A DNA stretch of 64,000 nt from Tubiluchus corallicola (taxonomy: Eukaryota; Animalia; Priapulida), in the NCBI GenBank assembly GCA_030141605.1, contig JAQGDQ010000048.1, positions 1 through 64,000 of the forward strand, read 5' to 3'. Made by a program: the position numbers and the translations under genes. Positions 53,086 to 64,000 of this stretch are shown piece after piece. Each line of letters starts with the position of its first letter. Position 1 is the stretch's first letter. The notes beneath the pieces were generated by a model. It was not told the DNA's origin and made no database searches. It saw nothing but the letters and a program-made list of their open reading frames with translations.

Positions 53086-56000
53086 CCTGTGGCATTGAAC
53101 TGAAGGCACTGAATAGCAGTGACGCATTTTTCACATCAGAAAAATGAGAGGCCAGTGGAGGAAAGTACTACGTAGAAACTACGGGTGAAGATTCAGCTTG
53201 AAGCGTCGTATTTTGTAAATATACCTTTCGAAATGTTATTTTGTTTTTGTATGTATAAAACTTGTATATTTTAAGGAGCGGTTATAATGATTTGCATAGT
53301 TAGCATTGTTTGTCTTGTAAGTATTGTATGTTACTTATTCTATGAACTTTGTTCGAACTAAAGAGTTAAATAAAATCAGTCATTCAATCAGTCAGTCTGC
53401 CAGTCAGTCACTCAATCAACCAGGCAAGCAACCGTTAAGTTACACGGAGCTGGTTAGTTGTGTAGTTGGTCAGTTGATTGGTTGACTTGGTAGTTGGTTG
53501 ATTGATTAATTAGTTGGTAGATCGTCAATGTAGTATAGCGGATAGTCACTATATTACTATATCCAGATAGCCACCACATTAATGTGTAACTTATGTGGAT
53601 GATTGCTTGAGCGCCAAATTCGGTAGGAAGTTAAGGACAACCAATAAGTTATTAATAGGAGTTTGCACATGCTGTAGACGAAAATGCAAAGTGCAAGCAT
53701 GTGCTAGAGTTAGCCAGAGAACTGTTACGTGGCGACACCTATTGAGAGAGAACGCTAATAACAAATTTGTAACAATGAACTACCAAGAGAACAAGAATAA
53801 ATAATACTGCTTTTGTAATCACGTTTTTTGGATTAAGATTCAAAAGTTAAAAAGAAAAATCTTTGTTTGTTTTCATATATTTATAATTTTAATATGCATA
53901 AAATTTTAATGACTCAAAAGCAGGTTACGAAAAACGCGTTTAACAGCTCAGCTAAAACAAACTCCATAAAGAGACAGTAACGGTCACATCTCCAAAACAA
54001 GAAGTCGAATGAAAATATATACCGTGAGATATTTCCAAAATAAACAAAAGTTTTATCCAATGCTAATTGAGCACAAATTTATGATTTATAGTACTTGTTG
54101 GGCAGAAGATTTGGCAGAGATTTTCGTTAGGCGAAGATTTAATTAAACACGAAAAACACTTTTTTGTGCTTTTGGGAACTATTGTCCTGCGATTTGTGCA
54201 GCGTTGTTGTGCAAATGATTTAATAAACAATACTAATTGCATTTTATCATTAAACTTGGTTGTTCGTTTATACTGTGACAATACTTAAATCAAACTAAGC
54301 AAGGAAGAAAAGATTTGATTTAACTGAAACTTCCCACTTTTTAGTATATCAGTATGCCTCACGTCATAGTGCGTTTAACAGTTCAATGTTCCAAATGATG
54401 TTCACTCATCATAAATTGAAGAATAACCAGAGTTGCTTAAAAATTCATAAAATCACCATAGCAAAACACATTCGCAACAAGGAGGTGCAGTGTTGTCAAA
54501 CATCGGCTTATCCAGTTAAGCAAGCTTTTAAGAATCAAGCAACGTACAGCATAATTAACATACTTTATAAAAAAAACTCTCCTACAAGATCTAATTCACA
54601 AGCAAAGACACAATAAATTCGATCAAGAGGTAGTGCTCTTCATATAGATTAGCGATTTTAGTATGTTTGCAGAGTCACAAAAGTAGTAAGACACTATATA
54701 TTTAATTTATTGGATATACATTATATACATAACAATTTACAATCAAAATTGTGGCAAAAGTGTTACAGGTTTGAAACAAAAACACTGTTACGACGGTGGC
54801 CAAGAGGTCCTGGGTTTAAATGTGTTTTGTTGCTTCGTGTTATAGAATTTTTGGAGATTATCCAAACAGTGTAGAAAAGGCAAAGGTCAGACAGGAAATT
54901 CAGAGTGAAACCAGTTACCAGTAAATTTATCCTGCATCACTCATACTCAGTTCCACAACAGATGAGCCTGTGAAACATGCCTGTCTGCACTGCTACTGAA
55001 CCACGAAAGGGTTATCTACTGGCGCTTTCATTCCTGCTATTCACATGCAACGGCTTCGTAATGGATCGAGCTATTAAGTTCTTTTTTAAGGGGGGGGGTG
55101 AAAACAAATGACATTTCGCCGTCGTTACAATATTGTTAACACAGTTTGTTAGTTTACTTCTCCTTTAATTTCACATTTAAAAACAATTCTGTCATGATAC
55201 TTTGAAGATTATTTTTTCGTAACTCAGTTAATTTGTAATTTCTTGTCAAGTTCCTGCAATCTCCTTTTTCTGCTTGTTATTAGTAGACCTTTTTGTACTT
55301 CGTAGAATAAATTTATTCTAGGCTGTCGCATGCTTTTGCCGCTAATACTAGTTTGAGCGCATACACATTTTGCGTGTTCAGTTTGAGATGTAGGTTACAG
55401 TTAAGGCCATATCATTGTGTACGCGATGTCACCATATCGCCATCTCTCTTAGTAATTACCATGTGTGAGGTGTGAGTTATATTCATGTTATGTGCTGCAT
55501 AAATGAATAATGAACAAAAAGCAAACAAATGAATCAAAATGTGGATATGGACTTTGTACATTTTGTGTACTGAGCAGTTCTACGTCACAGCCTCAATTTC
55601 TAGTTAACTGAACAACTCAGACCGTTTCGTTTTGCTTTAAATGGAAGTTACTTAGCGAAGATAGATGTAAAGTGGTTTTTGCCTTCCTTCCGATTTCTAT
55701 AAGTGGTTGCAAACTTCATTGGAAAAAGGTAAAATGGGTAAATTATCGCTTGCGTATGCAACATAATTTTACAAATACAAGAATGCGAATCGCTAAATCG
55801 GTGATCATTATTCAAAAAGTTTGCCGCGTTTGCTCAATATATGGTTAGCTATATGATTCACCTTTCCTTATCCATAGATTTCGCAACATTATGTGTAATA
55901 ATTATACTGTTAGATACCATCATTGTTTACATGTTGGAGGCACCATCTGCCGACTGACATCTACTAAATTACTGTTGAACAATAGTTGCAGTATTTTTTA

Positions 56001-56841
56001 GCTATATCAGCGAATAAGTTATTGTATCTTTAGCTACATCAGATAATATTTATAGTGGACCTTACAGTGCCGATTACCTGTGTGACTTTCATGTGAGTCT
56101 AGGATATGACATTGACAGTATTGAGGAATTACCTCAAAAAGCCATGTAACTCCAAATTATTAAGTACATGTACATGGAATGTGGCTAAGTACGCGACGAC
56201 ACCAACTAAAGACGTTAGAACTCAAAACATTAAACCTTGCTGGCAATTATTTGCTTCCTTATATGATACTTAGGCTCTCTAACGTAATAGTGATATAGCA
56301 GAATTTGGAACAAACAATAATGTTTACTTTATTTATTGATCCCTGGAGTTTATTTACAGTATTCAATGCATGCTCTGAATAGTCCATGGTACATGGTAAA
56401 TTACTGTTTTAAACCAAATTGGCTGAACGATTCATACACTTAAACAGACAGAATTTTCTACTTACTGGCTACATTATCTCGTATGTTACCTACTGGAAAA
56501 GAGCCTGCAAGTTGATATTATAATTGTACGTTATCTCATTTTGGATATAGCAAGATTTAATTCACAAAAAATCGACGTTTCTCTGAAACACTTAGAAATA
56601 GGACTTTAAAAACCGCACTTGATTCTATATAACGTATCCGAACACGATCTCCATAGAAGGTACTATAGAATTTTTTATATTATACTATCAATTAAAGGTG
56701 TGATGTATACGCATCTTACTTATAATTGTTTATCATACTTATGAAATAAAATTACGTTCAAGCAAGTTGTTTACGGCTGGATGCTTCAAGTTCCTGATGA
56801 GAAGCGTGCATTTTCTTTTCACAGACCAGGCTGCCCTAAAC

Positions 56842-56945
56842 ATGGCGCTGGAATTTGGTTCAACTTACATCTTCATACCAGACGAGGAATGCAAAGATGA
56901 TGTAGAATACCTGTCTCTCCAGAATTCTGATAACGCCCCTGTTAC
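56842..56945 (+). CDS. CPRAS1-like (Sec23/24 Zn finger + vWA) probable first coding exon
   Basis: aaacATGG context, MALEFGSTYIFIPDEE; donor AC|GTGAGA phase 2 fits the next exon. Confidence 0.65.
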
Positions 56946-57456
56946 GTGAGAGTCTTATAATATTCGGGAAATCATACCCAAATGATAGTTAATAGTTAAG
57001 AACAATAATAAATGAATAATTAATTACTATAATAGTAAGTACATAATAAGTAATAACAAGTAATACTGTAATAGTTTTACTACTATTAATAAAGAACAAC
57101 GAAAGGTAGTAAATTGGAAAAATTGATCTTAGTTGCGAGTATAATCTAGACAAAGGCAAAAGCCAAATATTTTGATCTTAACCCAAAGTAAGTAATGATT
57201 ACTACTATTAGTAAAATAGTCCCCCAATGAAATTTACATCACCTTTATCATAAAACTTTGTTTTTATAAACTTATCATTGTAATCCTATTGTACTCATTG
57301 TGAGTATTTGTCACCTTAATGCAATAATTTTAATTGGACTTTGCTGAAACTTCAAACTGTATTGTTTGTTTCTGTGGGTTGTGGGAACCATAATTACTTT
57401 TCGTCTTTCTTATCAACTTAGGAACTTCTACAAAAGCATCAATTTTGCATTTTTAG

Positions 57457-57713
57457 CGAAAAAGACAAAATAAAGAATGAAATTTGCGTGTCATCTCAAG
57501 AACCAAGCAATTTATACACAAACGTTTGGAGCAAGACAGCGGGAAGAAAGGGAACAACTGAGCCAACTGCTCCAGGACCTTCACCTCCCGAGAGTCCGTG
57601 CGCTGCCAGTGAACCGGGACTTTCTCCACTCGAAAGAGAGGTCAAATCTCCAGATCACTATCTTCCACAGAATGACTGCAACACAATACCTTTCCAAAGT
57701 ATTTCTGGATATG
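57457..57713 (+). CDS. CPRAS1-like exon 2 (low complexity, Pro/Ser-rich)
   Basis: ttttag acceptor, open frame EKDKIKNEICVSSQEPSNLYTNVW...ISGY, G|GTAAGT donor. Confidence 0.7.
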
Positions 57714-57850
57714 GTAAGTGTCTATCATTACTCACGTTTTATGTCGTTTCGGGTTTTCTGCGCATTAATGAAATCGTTTAAGTACATAACGCCCTTCGAA
57801 ACTCACTCTAAAACTTTATTTGTTAAAAAATAATTATTCTACAATTACAG

Positions 57851-58015
57851 AGAACTCATCAGGATCTCACCTTTCGACAAAGAAATCAGAACGAACTTAC
57901 GTAACAAAGCCGCCAGTTCCTTTGCCGAGGAAATTTCGTCTAAAAGGAGCTCCTCCTACTATGCAGATGCAGCTAGTCGACGGGGAGAATGTGGTGCAGC
58001 TAACTTCTACAGACG
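57851..58015 (+). CDS. CPRAS1-like exon 3 (donor uncertain)
   Basis: ttacag acceptor, NSSGSHLSTKKSERTYVTKPPVPLPRKF...; several phase-1 GT donors possible between 58015 and ~58100. Confidence 0.55.
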
Positions 58016-58154
58016 GTATCAGGGAATCAGAAAGTGATCCTGCTACTTCTCAAAGTACAGAAATATTTCATTCAGATAAAACACCTTATATCGGAAGTGA
58101 TAGTGCATGTTTGCCCTGGGGGTGGGGGAGTTGAGTCTTGATCAGCTGACCCGT

Positions 58155-59580
<1,426 letters not shown>

Positions 59581-60292
59581 GAAGGGCATTCCACTCATTC
59601 CAATTACATACTTAACGCTACCTTTAGAACAAAATTTATTGCCGTTTAATCTTAAATAATTTTAGGTTTTTAAAATGAAAAGCTTCCTTTTAGCACCCTA
59701 GCTTCCTAGTTGATCTAAGGTCTTTTCTTACCATGTTTTCTCGGGTATATTTAAATACATAACTATATAAGTGCGCATATATGTGCATAATAACACGGGA
59801 GCTCACGCTCAAAACAAAGCCAGGAAAAGTATGTTTCGTTCAATCGAGTGCATAACCAGTTTCTAACTATATTAGATGGCAGAGTAGACGCCGCTTATAG
59901 GCTATTAGGCTCCTAATTTAGTTATAAACCAGATGTCCATTCTAAGGAATTGAATCGAATAAACTGGACAATTTTTAGTTGGGTCCTGTGAGTGATTTTC
60001 TGCAAAATTCAGCACTCTGCAAAAAACAGAATCTAGCACTGAAATCCCAAGTTATAGGTACTGGCTCGTTTGTGGGAGCACCGAAAATAAATCATGATTT
60101 TTATGAAAATGTGTGTATTTTGAATTTATTCTGTTTGATGATATGCCATAGACAAACTTGTCATTCTGTGCATGCTATAGCTGTCTGTCACACATGAAAT
60201 TCAAAGCTTGAATATTTTTTCTGCAGTTTAAAAAATTCTTAAAATAAATAATACGCTTGGTTGCGAATGATTATAATATTATACTGTTTCAG

Positions 60293-60478
60293 CAACTCGG
60301 CTCTATCCCTTACTTACTGGCTTGGATGACAATAATCTTTACGCTGTCAAAGACGTGGAACAATCTTCTTTATGCGAGGAGACAAAAACAGACAAAAAAG
60401 GAAGGAAAACACCTCCTTTACCACCCCCTAGAAAAAATAAAAATGATCCAGAAAAACTTTCAAACCAGACTGAACTAG
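60293..60478 (+). CDS. CPRAS1-like exon 4
   Basis: tttcag acceptor, TRLYPLLTGLDDNNLYAVKD...TPPLPPPRKNK...TEL, phase 1/1. Confidence 0.72.
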   Translation, partial: QLGSIPYLLAWMTIIFTLSKTWNNLLYARRQKQTKKEGKHLLYHPLEKIKMIQKNFQTRLN

Positions 60479-61323
60479 GTAACATACGTGATATCAAATT
60501 GTTTGTAAAAAGTTAGTGAATATAAAATTTTCACTTTTAATTATAATTGCCTAGCATTCATTAGTAATTTTTCGACTCTGTTAATCCCTTTTACATTAAG
60601 TACTTATGTCCTTATAGTCGGTGTCGTCGTTATCATTGTTACCACCGCTAACACCTGCATCAGCTCCTCCGTTAATATAATGCATACACACAGAGATATA
60701 ATTAATTTCTGATGCCATGTGTTGTGGCGAACGGGGGCAAAAGCACTTCAGATCCCTTACCTTTTTAATATTTTCATCACATGTTTCGTGGGTGAAGCCG
60801 CAAATTGTTCGCTTTTTGCGTCCTTGAGCCCTACTAGAATAACACGACAGTCGTTAGAATTTCAGCTCCAGCATTAAAGCATGCAAAGGTTACGAAAAAT
60901 ACAGAACGCCACAGTTTTCACAATAATCCAATTGGCATTCAGATAATAACGGGTCTGTTTTTCCCAAAATTGTCGATGTGCAAAGCCACGTGCCACCCTA
61001 CGCCAACCGTTAAGTAACAATATTAGCTTTTTTCTAGATTGTACGTGTAATTAAGCCAGCGATGATCTCTGGCTGGGCAATTTTGCTGTAGTTTGAAAAC
61101 TTTTGTTAATTGCTAATGCCGGGTTAGTAATTAATAATTAACAATCATCAAGTTCTAGAAGAATTTTGCGCCCTCTCACCCTTGCGCCGATGGTGCCCCT
61201 CTGTGAAATACATAAGACATTTAATAGGTTTTTAAGATCGGCGTTAATATTAAATATTACCAGCACACAAGAATTAAACTGGAATTGGCGTGACGCTGTT
61301 AATATGTTTCCTATATATTTTAG

Positions 61324-61499
61324 GGTCGGAATTGGAAAAAAAGATGTTGCCATGGGAACTAGATACAAATGTACTAGGTATAAACTTTGCATCCCTGGCT
61401 GAAAAAACTCACGAACATCAACAGAACAGTGTTCATTGTTTCAACTGCCGCGCTGCCCTTTCGGTTGTCTCTTCGCTTACTAATGTGGACGGAAAACAG
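61324..61499 (+). CDS. CPRAS1-like exon 5 (first half of Zn finger)
   Basis: DTNVLGINFASL...VHCFNCRAALS; AG/GT. Confidence 0.85.
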
Positions 61500-62056
61500 G
61501 TAAAGAAACAAGATGGCAAATTAACAATCCGAATTTGTCAGTTGATGTGGAATTCCTGTAAAGTTTCATGACGATCCATTATGAATTCGTGGAGCTCTTT
61601 TTCAAAAGTTTGTCCCAAAACAAGAACATTAACAACAAAAACAACAACAACAACAGTAAGCCAGATGAGTAGCGATTTGTATCCAACCCGCGACGAAAAT
61701 TTAAGATAGTAGAGCTAAAAGATTCTCTCAGTCTGCAGCCTTCGCAGTACGCACGTGCTCGGTACTCCAAAAATATTGTTGTCTTCATATCATGCCAACT
61801 AATATATAATAATAATTAGAGCTACAAAAACAGGTAAAACGGAATCATTAAACTTTTTATGAAATTTGTGTGTCAGCTGAACGTAACACAGTTTTTAGAT
61901 GGTACTTTCATTTTTAAACTAACATTAGTCATGTAAATTAGCAAGTTGCACTACAGCTCAGAATTTCAAATTTGTTTGATTAATTGTGCTTAGGATTTTA
62001 TTAAAAGGTGACATAATATTTCATTGTTGAAATTGAAATATGTCTTGTCTTCTGTT

Positions 62057-62124
62057 ATCATCATCATCGTTGTCGTCGTCGTCGTCATCATCATCATCAT
62101 CATCATCATCACCATCATCATCAT
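62057..62124. repeat. (ATC)n/(GTC)n microsatellite
   Basis: Direct inspection. Confidence 0.9.
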
Positions 62125-62481
62125 GCCATTAATATCATTACTGTTATACAAAAAAATCTTGCCAGTTAGCAGTTCATGTTATAGTATCATAATTGTCATT
62201 TGCTTGTTAACCACAGTCCTTGTCCACATTGTTAACCACATTCGCTATCATTTGGTATAACGATTGTTATCTGTAAAATTAAAAAAGTACGGACGCGTAC
62301 AAACAGCACATCGGATTATTTTAAAACTTTAATGGACCTATATAAACAACGTTGAAACATGTCGAAAGAATGACTTACAAAAATATTTTTACTTGTCTCT
62401 TAGGCGCAGACCTCGACCTGCTAAATTCTTAATAATTTAATAAAATCATAAAAATTCCTAGTCCTTTGTTATAACTTCTAG

Positions 62482-62673
62482 GTGTGGAAGTGCGAGTTTT
62501 GTGAAGAGATCTATCCGCGATCACTCCACGTTAAACAATTTCCGACACACCCGGATGTCGTGTATACGCTGGAGAAACGTCCAATCCCAAAACCCGGTTT
62601 ACCTTCAACCTCATCATCCAGCATGGTTCTCTTCTGCATTGATATCTCTGGTAGCATGTGTGTAACATCGGAG
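62482..62673 (+). CDS. CPRAS1-like exon 6 (second half of Zn finger, vWA MIDAS)
   Basis: VWKCEFC...VLFCIDISGSMCVTSE; DxSxS motif. Confidence 0.9.
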
Positions 62674-62767
62674 GTACAATAATTTTTTAACTATTCTATT
62701 TGATATTTAAAACATAATATAACGTATAAAGATTACTTGCACATTAAATTATTATCTATAAATGTTT

Positions 62768-63045
62768 GGAATACGTTTGTAAAAGGTCTATGTCGCCTAT
62801 AATTTTAGTAATGCAAACTGTATGTATGAACACTAAAACAGTATCTATAAAATATCTAAGTATTGGTTCATAAAAATACAAAATATGCAAAATCAGTTCT
62901 AAACTTTGCAGTTTTATAAATACTTAAAAGCTTAAATATCTTGAATATTATAAACTATAGATATTTTATAGATAATATTTAGTGTTCATGCAAAATTTAT
63001 GTTACAAAAACTATAGTCGACGCAAACCTTATACAAATGAATTCC
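62768..63045. repeat. Fold-back (long inverted repeat) element
   Basis: ~90-bp imperfect arms, including atgaacactaaa..tatctataaaatatcta and its reverse complement. Confidence 0.75.
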
Positions 63046-63439
63046 GGTTATTTTATATCATTCAATATGCACTTAATATTTATATTAAAGAAACTTCAGT
63101 TGAAAATTGTATGCATAAAAACCCGAAACGTTCTGATCTTAAGGTAGATTAATTACGTGCAATAAAATTCTTATTTTATAAACAATCTATGTAGCTTAAT
63201 TGCCGATTAAATTTCGCAAGCACTGTAAACATTTGCAGCTTAAAATGTTTTCACACAATCGAGATACAGAAACTACAAAAACAAACACTAGAAACCCAGC
63301 TAACAGACTATATTTTTAAATTAATTGAGCAACGTTTATCCGGATGTTTCTTAATAAGGAAACTCGAGCCTATTTTGAGAACAATTTCCGGGCATCGTTT
63401 TTTCGCACTGAATTTTTGCATACTTGATTAATTTTCCAG

Positions 63440-63592
63440 GTGCAACAAACCGAGGCGAAGACAGGCGAACCTAGTAAGCTCTTGTATATATCCAGATTAG
63501 AATCGGTCAAAGCAGCTGTTGAAGAACAGTTAGAGTTGTTGGTGGCCAAAAACCCTGCGACCAGAGTGGCCCTTATAGTATTTAATAACGAG
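63440..63592 (+). CDS. CPRAS1-like exon 7 (vWA)
   Basis: YISRLESVKAAVEEQLELLVAKNPATRVALIVFNNE; AG/GT. Confidence 0.9.
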
Positions 63593-63773
63593 GTAAGCCT
63601 ACGTGTCTAACTTGTGATCCAGATAAATAAAAATCAGGGTGACAGTTTTCCAGTGAATAACTCTTTTCATGAATCCAAAAACTTAATAGTTTTCAACTTT
63701 GTGAATCTTTTGAGTATTACACACGGAAAATAGGAACGTAATTTCTAAGTTGCATTTACTTCATTTACCTTAG

Positions 63774-63919
63774 GTCTCTGTTATTGGGACTGGCAGTGTG
63801 GTGAAGATAAACCGCGAATGTCTCATGGATGCTGATATGTTGTTCAGCTTAGGCTGCAGCTTAGATGTACCAGAACAAATATCTGTATGCATGAATCGAC
63901 TAAAGACCGAAATTGGCTT
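63774..63919 (+). CDS. CPRAS1-like exon 8 (gene continues beyond the window)
   Basis: VSVIGTGSVVKINRECLMDADMLFSLG...; AG/GTAAG. Confidence 0.85.
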
Positions 63920-64000
63920 GTAAGAGATTTATTGCACTCTAATAATTTTTGTGGTTGAACTTTTAATTGTGGAAGCCATTCCACGGGTTCAGAAATTTCT

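Noticed and set aside
54790-54825. tRNA-like motif ggtggccaagaggtcctgggtttaaat
   Set aside because: Too short for a cloverleaf; at most a SINE-head relic
60618-60680. Extra exon of the vWA gene
   Set aside because: An AG is present but there is no convincing in-phase donor, and the flanking exons already join in frame

Overview
AT-rich, intron-rich animal genomic DNA, not prokaryotic. The synaptotagmin sequence looks invertebrate, probably lophotrochozoan (inference). Four spliced genes were reconstructed by hand from GT-AG sites and exon phases. (1) Mitochondrial ribosomal protein L4 (- strand, 2 coding exons, ~303 aa). (2) An organic solute transporter alpha (SLC51A/OSTalpha)-like gene (+ strand, 7 exons, ~364 aa). 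(3) Synaptotagmin-1 (- strand, ~463 aa), whose C2B polybasic exon is present as two 134-nt mutually exclusive copies. (4) The 5' part of a Sec23/24-type Zn-finger + vWA gene resembling 'circularly permuted Ras protein 1-like' (+ strand, runs off the window). Introns and intergenic DNA hold decayed transposons: a near full-length PHD-bearing CR1-type LINE, two solo LTRs with 5-bp TSDs, pogo/Tigger-like and hAT derivatives, a possible Academ-like element, other LINE fragments and many microsatellites. The best lead is the apparent splicing-control module around the Syt1 exon pair: a UGCAUG (RBFOX) cluster, a YCAY cluster, a shared upstream motif with a central complementary site, and a possible 68-nt cryptic exon. 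Nothing here demonstrates a wholly new system; these are testable hypotheses.
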